Positions 9,220 through 18,182 of a stretch of 64,000 nt of DNA are shown in pieces. The stretch spans positions 1 through 64,000 of the IMG/VR virus record IMGVR_UViG_3300040801_004793. One strand, 5' to 3'. This DNA comes from a virus. Every line of letters starts with the position of its first letter. The stretch's first letter is position 1. The position numbers and the translations under genes are program-made. The notes beneath the pieces were generated by a model. The model did no database searches and was not told where the DNA came from. It was given only the letters and a program-made list of their open reading frames with translations.

Positions 9220-9966
9220 ATGATTAGTAAATGTATTCCTGAAATGGTATTTATTCCAGGGGGATCTTTTATGATGGGAGTCTCCACAAATGAAAGAGGG
9301 GAAAGTGAGTCTGAGAAACCTCAACATAAAGTTACTGTACCCGCATTTTACATGGGACGATATCCGGTCACCCAAGCCCAGTATAAATTCATAATGGGTG
9401 AAAACCCTTCTCATTTTTCTCATCAAGGAGATAATAAGCCTGTAGAAAGAGTGAGTTGGAATCAAGCCACGGCATTTTGTCAGAGGCTCTCAGAGGTCAC
9501 GTCTAAAAAATATAGATTACCCTCCGAAGCGGAATGGGAATATGCTTGTCGGGGCGGGACGACAACCCCCTTTCACTTTGGGGAAACTATCACCTCTGAC
9601 CTTGCCAACTATGACGGTAGCGTGATCTACGGAGAAGAGCCACGAAGTACTTACCGAAAGGAAACCACTGAGGTCGGTAGTTTTCCACCCAATGGTTGGG
9701 GCCTTTATGACATGCATGGTAACGTGTGGGAATGGTGTGATGATGAATGGCATGGTAATTACCAGGGAGCTCCCATAAACGGATCACCTTGGTTAGAAGA
9801 CGATGATAGAGGTAGAAGAGTTCTACGTGGCGGCTCCTGGGACTACGGCCCGAGGCTTTGCCGGTCCGCGTTTCGCTACTTCGTCTATGCCGACCAAAGC
9901 TGGGACGATACCGGTTTTAGAGTAGCCTGTGATTACAAACTTCCTTTTCAAGCTTTTGGATTCTAA
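9220..9966 (+). CDS. FGE-sulfatase/CLec-fold protein, copy 7
   Basis: Same motifs; tail PFQAFGF. Confidence 0.95.
   Translation: MISKCIPEMVFIPGGSFMMGVSTNERGESESEKPQHKVTVPAFYMGRYPVTQAQYKFIMGENPSHFSHQGDNKPVERVSWNQATAFCQRLSEVTSKKYRLPSEAEWEYACRGGTTTPFHFGETITSDLANYDGSVIYGEEPRSTYRKETTEVGSFPPNGWGLYDMHGNVWEWCDDEWHGNYQGAPINGSPWLEDDDRGRRVLRGGSWDYGPRLCRSAFRYFVYADQSWDDTGFRVACDYKLPFQAFGF
9832..9918 (+). repeat. DGR variable-region-like repeat (copy 7)
   Basis: 87 nt, aligns without gaps to the other three. Confidence 0.7.
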
Positions 9967-9968
9967 AA

Positions 9969-10715
9969 ATGACTAATAATGATATTCCTGAAATGGTATT
10001 TATTCCAGGAGGATCTTTTATGATGGGGTCTTCCAAAAATGAAAGAGACGGAAGTTCGTCTGAGAAACCTCAACATAAAGTTACTGTACCCGCATTTTAT
10101 ATGGGACAGAGCCCGGTCACCCAGAACCAGTATCAAGCAGTGATGGGTAAAAACCCTTCTTATTTTTCTCATCGGGGAGATAATAAACCCGTAGAATTAG
10201 TAAGTTGGAACGACGCCATAACATTTTGCCGAAAGCTCTCCCAACAGACAGGTCGGAAATATCGCTTACCTTCTGAAGCAGAATGGGAGTACGCTTGCCG
10301 AGCTGGAACCACAACACCTTTTTATTTTGGGGAAAGCATCACCACTGACCTTGCCAACTGTGCCGGTATCCCAGGCAATGGCGTCATGGCGGCAAAGGAT
10401 AATTACAGACAGAAAACCACTGAGGTCGGTAGTTTTCCACCCAATGCCTTTGGTCTCTACGATATGCACGGAAATGTATGGGAATGGTGTGAGGATGTGT
10501 GGCACAGCAACTATGAGGGGGCTCCTACAGACGGTAGTGCCTGGACAGAAGGCAACAACCAAGAGCGAGTTTTACGTGGAGGCTCCTGGAACGACATTAC
10601 GGGGATTTGCCGGTCCGCATTTCGCTACAGCAGCTATGCCGTCTGCCGCGATGTCGTCGGCGGTTTTAGAGTAGCTTGTGATTACACACCTCCTTTTAGC
10701 AATTTTGGATTCTAA
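9969..10715 (+). CDS. FGE-sulfatase/CLec-fold protein, copy 8
   Basis: Same motifs; tail PFSNFGF. Confidence 0.95.
   Translation: MTNNDIPEMVFIPGGSFMMGSSKNERDGSSSEKPQHKVTVPAFYMGQSPVTQNQYQAVMGKNPSYFSHRGDNKPVELVSWNDAITFCRKLSQQTGRKYRLPSEAEWEYACRAGTTTPFYFGESITTDLANCAGIPGNGVMAAKDNYRQKTTEVGSFPPNAFGLYDMHGNVWEWCEDVWHSNYEGAPTDGSAWTEGNNQERVLRGGSWNDITGICRSAFRYSSYAVCRDVVGGFRVACDYTPPFSNFGF
10581..10667 (+). repeat. DGR variable-region-like repeat (copy 8)
   Basis: 87 nt, aligns without gaps to the other three. Confidence 0.75.
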
Positions 10716-10720
10716 AAATA

Positions 10721-11428
10721 ATGACTTCTCTGATTGAGGTAGTAACAATTCCTTCAGGTACTTTCCTAGGTAAAGACTCTAATCAAATTTACGTACCTGG
10801 TTTTTATCTTTCTAAATATCTGATAACACGAAAAATCTGGAATTACGTAACACAGTTACCAGAAGTAAACACTCCTTTAGTTTCGACTGTAGATATTCCC
10901 GAGCTTTACCAGAATCCCGTACGAGGGGTGTCTTACTGGGATGTTTTAGAGTTTTGTAATCGAATCTCCAGTAAGACAGATCAGTATAGATTACCTACTG
11001 AAATTGAATGGGAATATGCTTGTAGAGCTGGCACTACAACAGCTTTCTACTTTGGAGGTATAGGAGACGCAAGTATAGAAAAATTTAATCATCTCGATTT
11101 GAAACTCTCTGCTACCTCTCACTTTCAAAGCCATAATAGTATTCATCCACATCAAGTTAATCGTGTTAATTATTACCCTCCAAATCCCTGGGGTTTACAT
11201 GATATGCATGGTAATTTGTGGGAGTGGTGTAAAAATAGTAAAGAAAATAAAACGGAACAAGAATCAGATAACTGGCCTGCAATTCTCAAAGGGGGATCTT
11301 GGAGAAGTCCCGCAAGGTCTTGTCAATCCAGTTCAATAATTTCTTTCCCTAAAAATTACAGGAACACTCACGTTGGATTTAGAGTCGTTCTAGAGAGACC
11401 CACTCAATTTGGTGCTTTTGGATTTTAA
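10721..11428 (+). CDS. divergent FGE-sulfatase/CLec-fold protein, copy 9
   Basis: RLPTEIEWEYACRAG, NPWGLHDMHGNLWEW, KGGSW...GFRV; tail QFGAFGF. Confidence 0.9.
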   Translation: MTSLIEVVTIPSGTFLGKDSNQIYVPGFYLSKYLITRKIWNYVTQLPEVNTPLVSTVDIPELYQNPVRGVSYWDVLEFCNRISSKTDQYRLPTEIEWEYACRAGTTTAFYFGGIGDASIEKFNHLDLKLSATSHFQSHNSIHPHQVNRVNYYPPNPWGLHDMHGNLWEWCKNSKENKTEQESDNWPAILKGGSWRSPARSCQSSSIISFPKNYRNTHVGFRVVLERPTQFGAFGF

Positions 11429-11433
11429 AAAAA

Positions 11434-11646
11434 ATGACAAAAAAGCGTAAAACGAAAAAAGAATTAGAACAAGAAAACGAGAAGCTTAAAGAAAAAATAG
11501 AAAAAAATCAAAGAGTAGTAGAAGCTGCTAAGGGAGAAGTTGAGGTTTTGAGGGGAACATTACAAAACTTTGTGGCCCCAGAAAACAGAGAGGCTTACCA
11601 CACTCTAGCGGATAACATTAATTCTATACTCGATGAGACTAAGTAG
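11434..11646 (+). CDS. small coiled-coil protein
   Basis: 70-aa ORF, K/E-rich heptads. Confidence 0.6.
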   Translation: MTKKRKTKKELEQENEKLKEKIEKNQRVVEAAKGEVEVLRGTLQNFVAPENREAYHTLADNINSILDETK

Positions 11647-11697
11647 TTTTTTTTCGTTGGTGAACCACGGGGGTATAAAAATACCCCCTTTCTTAAA

Positions 11698-12381
11698 ATG
11701 AAAATTTTTTTAAAAAGCTCTCACTCAAAGGAGTTTTGTAAAATTCCATCGGGAACTTTTCTCCTATTTGAAAAGCAACTTTTTATTCCCGAATTTTACC
11801 TCGCTCTTAATCCAATCTCGATTTTTGATTTTCACTTAATTTTTGATATTCCCTTGAGTCCAAAATATCAGGAGTCTAATGGATTTCTTGCAAAAGTAAC
11901 ACCTTACATTGGAATAAGACCTTTTGAAGCAGAAAAAATTTGCAGCTTTTTAAATTTTCAAACGGGACTTAAAAAATTTAGAGTACCCACAGAAAACGAA
12001 TGGGAATATGCTTGCCGAGCCGGTAGCACTAGCCCTTTTTATTTTGGTGATGAAGACCACCCCGCTGTTGAGGATCTTGTAAATTGCGAGAGTAATTATA
12101 AACTTCCCTGGTCTTTTCTTGCTTTTACCGAAGAGCGTCATCCCTACGGTCTTAGAGGTATGCACGGAAACGTACGAGAGATATGTCTCAGTCGATACCA
12201 CAAATCGCCTGCAAAAAAAGGGTATTGCTGTCGTGGAGGAGATTACACATCTAAAAAAAATATGTGCTACTCTGCATCAAGGCTGCCTTGTCTCGACTTT
12301 GGAAGAAAAGGGAAGCAGGGATTTAGACCCCTATTAGAAAATATAGATCTATTGAATACAGGAAACCCTTCAATTCTGTAG
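11698..12381 (+). CDS. divergent FGE-sulfatase/CLec-fold protein, copy 10
   Basis: RVPTENEWEYACRAG, GLRGMHGNVRE, RGG...GFRP; no FGF tail. Confidence 0.85.
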   Translation: MKIFLKSSHSKEFCKIPSGTFLLFEKQLFIPEFYLALNPISIFDFHLIFDIPLSPKYQESNGFLAKVTPYIGIRPFEAEKICSFLNFQTGLKKFRVPTENEWEYACRAGSTSPFYFGDEDHPAVEDLVNCESNYKLPWSFLAFTEERHPYGLRGMHGNVREICLSRYHKSPAKKGYCCRGGDYTSKKNMCYSASRLPCLDFGRKGKQGFRPLLENIDLLNTGNPSIL

Positions 12382-12454
12382 TCAAAAAAGCTTGGAGTAT
12401 AAAAGCTCCAAGATGTAAAGCAGCTTCGGCTGCATCCTCTAGGTAGAAACAGAC

Positions 12455-12480
12455 AGGTGTAGATTTTTCTACACCTTTTC
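12455..12480 (+). terminator. rho-independent terminator-like hairpin
   Basis: AGGTGTAGA-TTTT-TCTACACCT followed by TTTC. Confidence 0.55.
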
Positions 12481-12481
12481 T

Positions 12482-12554
12482 GGCTCCTTAGCTCAGTGGA
12501 TAGAGCACCGGTCTTCTAAACCGTAGGTCATAGGTTCGAATCCTATAGGGGCCG
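12482..12554 (+). tRNA. tRNA-Arg(TCT)
   Basis: GGCTCCT/AGGGGCC acceptor, loop CTTCTAA, T-loop TTCGAAT; no CCA. Confidence 0.93.
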
Positions 12555-12586
12555 TTTCGAGTTGTTTTCTTTTAAGGAATTCTGAA

Positions 12587-13234
12587 ATGACTATCTCAAA
12601 CCAAGTTTACCAAGCTATTGTCCGATACTACGCTTCTTTAAAAAGCAACTATTCTTTAGTAAGTCGCTTACAAGAATTAAATTTAATTGAAGAAGACCTT
12701 GAACTTCAAGCCACTATCTGGGGGCTAGCAGATCACGATCTCTTTTTAGAAGACCTTCCCCAGAATACAGAAGAGAGCACCTCAGTTTTCCAGCAAAAAC
12801 TAGAGATCTTAAGATCTATTGAAAAACTTCCCTGGTTTCAAGTTGGCTCTATATGTATGAACGAGAGTTTTTTAACTCCGGACATATTAAAAATAAAACT
12901 TCTCAAAGACATTTTTCTGAAAGATCCATTTAACTTGAATCCCTTAAGAGATCTTCTAGATTTAGCAAAAGAAGGCACTTACCTGCAAAAACGATATCGC
13001 CTTGCTTTTGTTAATGAAGTAGAGTCCTACGCTAAGTTAAACCCTAATGTAGGGGATTACTTATTAACGAAAGGAAACATTCTCTATTGCCGTCAGGAAG
13101 ATAAAATGTTTTATCTTACTGAGAAGTCTGAGTCTAACGATTCCGTCTTTAGCCGAACAAGTGAAGGAGAGAAAATACAGGTCTGCAATTTGGAAGAAAT
13201 TCAGATTCCCGTCATTAGCTTTGTCTCAAGGTAA
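12587..13234 (+). CDS. hypothetical protein
   Basis: 215-aa ORF. Confidence 0.65.
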   Translation: MTISNQVYQAIVRYYASLKSNYSLVSRLQELNLIEEDLELQATIWGLADHDLFLEDLPQNTEESTSVFQQKLEILRSIEKLPWFQVGSICMNESFLTPDILKIKLLKDIFLKDPFNLNPLRDLLDLAKEGTYLQKRYRLAFVNEVESYAKLNPNVGDYLLTKGNILYCRQEDKMFYLTEKSESNDSVFSRTSEGEKIQVCNLEEIQIPVISFVSR

Positions 13235-13239
13235 CAATC

Positions 13240-13791
13240 ATGAAAACTGAAACTCTGCTAGAAAAACTTAGACTTTTTGCCCAAACTAGTTCAGTCTTTA
13301 TCCGGTGCTACCCCATCACTAGAACGATACAACTCATTTTTAGTTCTAGTAAAGAAAAAGAAAGAGCCGCAGTAAACGTAAATGGACATTCCGTTCATTT
13401 TCTTTCGTTTCTCGGTCTTCAGAAGACTGGTCCTGATGATAGCTGGACTGTTCCTAAAACATATGACTTTAAAATGATATGTGTTTTAGTATCAAGTTAC
13501 CTGTTTGATCAAGAACTGCAAGTAGAAACTCAATTTGCACCGGATAGCCACTCTATTACATGGAATTGGGTTGACTGCACTATTTACTTCAGAATAAAGT
13601 ACAACTTGCGAGTCATCCAATACGACCCTTTTGAAAAGACATTGACCGTAAAGAAAGACGATGTTTTACTAGAAAAGTGTCATCGGTCCTGGACAAATAA
13701 CGACTTTATTCAAGATATCGTTAGCTTGCTTAAGTCAGGTGAAAATCTCCAAGAACACGGTTGGATTACTAAGGAGAAAGAAAATGTCTAA
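13240..13791 (+). CDS. hypothetical protein (probable paralog of the next gene)
   Basis: 183 aa; shares SYL..DC.IYF..K and GW end motifs with 13784..14356. Confidence 0.6.
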   Translation: MKTETLLEKLRLFAQTSSVFIRCYPITRTIQLIFSSSKEKERAAVNVNGHSVHFLSFLGLQKTGPDDSWTVPKTYDFKMICVLVSSYLFDQELQVETQFAPDSHSITWNWVDCTIYFRIKYNLRVIQYDPFEKTLTVKKDDVLLEKCHRSWTNNDFIQDIVSLLKSGENLQEHGWITKEKENV

Positions 13792-14356
13792 CATTTATGA
13801 CACCTTGAAGGCTTTAAACCAGAAAGCTCTAAAAGCGGAGGTCTATATAGACTTCTTTCCAGAAAGAAAATTTGTCCGAGTGTATTATGGGAGTGAAGAA
13901 ATTAGAGAGAAAAGCCTGATTGGTAAAAAGTGTCCTCTTAGTGTGTTGGGGGCTTGTTATTGCATCTCAGAAGAAGGTTATACTATTCCCCCAAACCTTG
14001 ATGCTCTCATCATACTCCATGCTTTCTCCGGCTACTTGATAGATTCGGGCCTGACGGTTATTATAAATAACCGAAAGTACGAACGCCTCCACAAAATGTC
14101 AGATTTCGACTGCCTTCTGTACTTTCAAGAAAAATTTGGTTTTTCAGAGTTAACTTTTTCTGGTGCTAACTCTCATAATCCTGACTTTGGAATTTACACT
14201 CTAAAGTTAGGTGAGCAGACTCTTTATCACTCGCTAGATATTCGAACTAGTATTGAAGTGATAGAGGCTCAAGTCCTTTCTACTCTTCGGCAAAAATCGA
14301 AAGACCAGTCTGCTTTACAAGCTTTACTTGCTGATGGTTGGACGTTAGAGCAATAA
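13784..14356 (+). CDS. hypothetical protein
   Basis: Likely start MSNIY at 13784, downstream of AAGGAG. Confidence 0.6.
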   Translation: MSNIYDTLKALNQKALKAEVYIDFFPERKFVRVYYGSEEIREKSLIGKKCPLSVLGACYCISEEGYTIPPNLDALIILHAFSGYLIDSGLTVIINNRKYERLHKMSDFDCLLYFQEKFGFSELTFSGANSHNPDFGIYTLKLGEQTLYHSLDIRTSIEVIEAQVLSTLRQKSKDQSALQALLADGWTLEQ

Positions 14357-14627
14357 TGGTTTCCAAACTAACACTGTCCCAAAAATTTCAACTTCGGTCC
14401 AACATACTTGAATTCGAAAAGTTACTCTCTGAAATAGAGCCTGGTAAAAAAGAAAAGTTGATTGAAATATACTCAGCTTTGTGGGGGGAGGTTTTCTACC
14501 TACAGAATCAGAAGAAATTACTCTGCATGATTCTTGCCAAAACAGGTCATCTTTTGACTACGAAAGAATTGGAAGAGCTTTCTTCTCCGGGAGAGGCTCT
14601 AGATTCTAAAACGGAATAGGAGAAAAC

Positions 14628-15323
14628 ATGCATATTTATGAAGTTGGTGGTCACGTAAGGGATAAGCTGCTAGGAATTTGCAGCAAAGATATTGACTACC
14701 TCGTAGTGGGTTTGGATAGTTATCGTGATATGATTCAAACCCTGCGAGATCAAGGTTTTACCATTCTACACGAGTACGCCGACAAGTTTACAGCCGTTGC
14801 TAGGGACAGCTATGGTAGGCCAGTAGACTTTGTTTGGGCTAGAGGCGGGGAAATCTATAAAAATGGAAAGCTAGTTCATGTGAGACCTGGAACTTTGCAA
14901 GAAGACCTATCCCGTCGAGACTTTACCATTAATGCGATGGCAAAAGATTCTACAGGTAAGATTCTTGACTTTTTTGGTGGGCAAAGAGATCTAAAAGAAG
15001 GAGTCATTCGAGCCGTAGGAAAACCAACTGAAAGATTTGAGGAAGATCCACGAAGGATTATTAGAGCCATAAGATTTCGAGTTCAACTCTCAAAGCTTAC
15101 GGAAAGATCTTTCGAGTTTGATCAACCTACTTATTGGGGTATGGTAGAGGCTCTACATCTCTTGGCTGAAACTCGGTATAAAGATAAAATTCGAGAGGAA
15201 CTAAATCGAAGTTTCACGTACGATGCTCTCCTGACTCTTGAGACTTTAAAGCTCGTAGAGGGGCTGCAAGAGTTATTATTCCAACAACTGAATCTGAAGA
15301 TCAAAATTACACAAGAAAAATGA
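14628..15323 (+). CDS. cca: class II tRNA nucleotidyltransferase (CCA-adding enzyme), minimal form
   Basis: VGGHVRD, DID, EDLSRRDFTINAMA, DFFGG, EDPRRIIRA motifs; AGGAG RBS. Confidence 0.9.
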   Translation: MHIYEVGGHVRDKLLGICSKDIDYLVVGLDSYRDMIQTLRDQGFTILHEYADKFTAVARDSYGRPVDFVWARGGEIYKNGKLVHVRPGTLQEDLSRRDFTINAMAKDSTGKILDFFGGQRDLKEGVIRAVGKPTERFEEDPRRIIRAIRFRVQLSKLTERSFEFDQPTYWGMVEALHLLAETRYKDKIREELNRSFTYDALLTLETLKLVEGLQELLFQQLNLKIKITQEK

Positions 15324-16099
15324 AGAGAAATAGAAAGCCCGACTTTTGGGACTACTTTACTTCTGTCAATATCTACTTCTTTTTTGTTTCGTACCTTTCT
15401 CTCTTTGTGTATTTTATAGATTGGGCTTTTTGGTCTAAACCCGGTCTAAACATCCTTTTTCTGGTACTTCCCCTGATTCAAACCAATCTGACCTTATTTC
15501 TGTTGTTTATTTCTAGCCTAAGAGACTAGAGATTCATTGTGTACTTTTCTCCAAAGGCAATTAAAGCTTTTCTAGGTCCTGTAAAAGCACTGCGAAGTAT
15601 TCTTAGAGTATTAGCAATTTTTACTCTAATTTCTTGTGGCGCTGGATTGCTTGTTTTTGTATTCACAAAAAACAATTTGCTCTTGTTCTTATCTGGAACC
15701 TTCCTCTTTCAAGTAGGAATTCTTTACCCCCCGGTAGAAATTCTGTATTGTCTACTGTCCGATGTAAATTATCTCCTGATTCGAGAGAGAAGACGCAATC
15801 GTCATATTGACTCACCAGGACTGTAGTTAAAATAGGCAAAAAGATGAGATTCAACCCCCGTCTGACAACCCGACAAATGGCTAGATACGCAATAATTCTA
15901 GCTTTCTTTAACTTTGTGAAACTCTTTGCAAGAGTAGCCTTTGTTCTAGTGTTTCCTCTCCGATTCTTGCCCATCCTTCTTTTTGGATGGGAGATTTTCT
16001 CCTTTTCGGTCTTTACTAATCTAATGATGTCTGCCATTTATTTCTGGTGGATTTCGGACCTAGTTATTGACCAAGTACACAAAAAAGTCAGAGTTTAAA

Positions 16100-16909
16100 A
16101 ACATGATTCCTTTTCATTTCCTACTTGAAGATCGACGCTGGTACGTACAAAAGATTTTGGGATACCAAGATCTTTCTCCTGAAGATCTCGACCTTTTCTG
16201 CAAAGCCTTTGTAATGGAACAGTTTGATTACACAGGCCTTTACGGTTTTACGGGAAAGCTAGCTTACACCGAATGGCTAGATAGATGGTCTTTGGTGACC
16301 GAGCTTGCAGAAAGCGATGTAGAATTTGTCAAATTTTGTATTCAGTCTTTTCGAGAAAAAAGACTAGGAGAGATTTACACGTATCTGTCCAGAGACTATG
16401 ATTTTGACGAAGATAGGTTTAACAGTGAGTATAGACCCTTTACGCAGTGGGATACTGGGAATCTATACCATCCCAGAATGATTCCCCCTTCGTTAAAAAA
16501 GGGAATTTCTCAAAATAACAAGATCTCTGTGTTAAGAGGTAGTTACGCTCAACTGCCTCTGATCTACAACAGCAAAAGATACCGACCGATTCTAAGTGGA
16601 GAACACATTCTACATAACTACCTTAACCGATTTCAACCTCAAATTTTTGGGAGTGAAAAGATAGTAGTTTCTCTTGAAAAGAAGAGACCCCATCCCTCGG
16701 CTTGTGATGGCTGGATTCCCGTCTTGGAGGATGGAAAACTGGTTGTAAACATTGTTTCTGTCAGAATAAACAGCCCAACTCAAATCGAGAATTTCGGAAG
16801 ATTTGTTTTTCCGAAACCCTTTGATTTTTACGAAAGAAAGTACGATTCTTTTCGTACATCTTTTGAGACATCTTGGCAAAAAGCTGTTCAATACGTAGGT
16901 GGTTTCTAG
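16100..16909 (+). CDS. hypothetical protein
   Basis: ORF 16067..16909; start probably near MIPFHF. Confidence 0.6.
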   Translation, partial: NMIPFHFLLEDRRWYVQKILGYQDLSPEDLDLFCKAFVMEQFDYTGLYGFTGKLAYTEWLDRWSLVTELAESDVEFVKFCIQSFREKRLGEIYTYLSRDYDFDEDRFNSEYRPFTQWDTGNLYHPRMIPPSLKKGISQNNKISVLRGSYAQLPLIYNSKRYRPILSGEHILHNYLNRFQPQIFGSEKIVVSLEKKRPHPSACDGWIPVLEDGKLVVNIVSVRINSPTQIENFGRFVFPKPFDFYERKYDSFRTSFETSWQKAVQYVGGF

Positions 16910-16913
16910 AAAA

Positions 16914-17306
16914 ATGCTTGGTTACTTATACATCGACGCCTCTCAAGTTGTAAACTTCCCCCAGTTTAATCCGGTTTATCCCAATTTGCCTGACCCTCCT
17001 CATGTCACTCTGGTTTTTAACTGCCCTCATGCAGACGTAAAGAAGTATATTGGGAGAATTGTCCACATTTCTATTGAGGAAATTGTTACGTCGGAAACTC
17101 TTCAAGTCTTGAGAGTTTCTCTAGATAATTTCAGCTTTTTACAAGAGGGCAGAATTCCACACATTACACTTTCTTGGACAGATGGCACTTCTCCAGTAGA
17201 AAGTAATGTCCTTTTAAACGACCCCCTAATTTACGCTAGTTCGATTCTATTTCACCCGCCAATAAGAATCTCTGGTCGCATACAGTTTAAACCTTTTTCG
17301 TCATGA
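16914..17306 (+). CDS. 2H phosphoesterase (cyclic phosphodiesterase-like)
   Basis: Two HxT motifs: PPHVTLVF and IPHITLSW, followed by PVESN. Confidence 0.75.
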   Translation: MLGYLYIDASQVVNFPQFNPVYPNLPDPPHVTLVFNCPHADVKKYIGRIVHISIEEIVTSETLQVLRVSLDNFSFLQEGRIPHITLSWTDGTSPVESNVLLNDPLIYASSILFHPPIRISGRIQFKPFSS

Positions 17307-18182
17307 TCTCTAACTATCTCACTCTCTACTTTTTGAGAGTCTTGTGCTTGGTTTCTTTGATTGCAACAGTCTACCTGATTATTGGGAGAGTCTACCTATG
17401 TACGATCTAAATCGAAATACAGATCTAATAGATCTACCGCTATCGGTTAGTGAAGAATTTTTTGCTAGAGTTGAGTGGAGCTCAGACTGTTTAGTTCGAG
17501 TAAAGACTCACATGGAAATTCTTGGCTGGAAAGTTTCTTGGGGTGCTCTAAAACAATCTCTGGTAATTACAGAGAAAGGCTTGACCGAAGTTTTTGATCC
17601 CTGGGAAAAATTTAATCTCAATCTATTTGACGATGAAGGAAGCCCTTTAACGTTACCTCATCCGATGGACATCTCTAACGAGTGGAATCAAGAGTTAAGA
17701 GAGAAAACTCATGGCTAATTACGGAGACGTTTATTTTCTAGCTCCCCCTCCTTCGGGGGAAGTAGGCTCAAAAGAAAATGACCCTGTAATATTTATCTTC
17801 TTTCTAAGTTCTGTACAGGGTCAGCCTAATAGAGTAATTCTCGATACTGGTGGATTTGAACTAAATTTGCCAGAGATTTGCAAAAAAGCAACTCTGGCCT
17901 TAATTCCTGGCACACCAAAAAATAAGAGTATTAGAATCGGGAGAAGATACCTGGAAGATCTAAACGGTAATTCAATTGGTTCCCTTATTGGGATAGAAGC
18001 TACTAGAGGAGCGTTAAGAAATTGGATTTTGGAACCATGATTATAATTTTAATTCTGCTGATTGGGCTGGTACTGTGCTTTTTATTTTCTGGTCAACTAG
18101 GATCTACTTCCGCTTCCAACTTAAAAACAAAAGCTCGAAAGAGGGGTAAGAGGTCTAGTTTTAACTCGGAGAAGAAAAACAA

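Noticed and set aside
4527-10674. Many overlapping antisense and alternate-frame ORFs across the array
   Set aside because: Shadow ORFs of the GC-richer paralogous genes; they recur at equivalent positions and show no motifs of their own
4557-11428. CRISPR array
   Set aside because: The repeats are coding paralog segments about 750 nt apart, not short repeats with unique spacers; no cas genes
4557-12381. Catalytic formylglycine-generating enzymes
   Set aside because: The segment carrying the catalytic Cys pair in true FGE is hypervariable here, and no sulfatase is present
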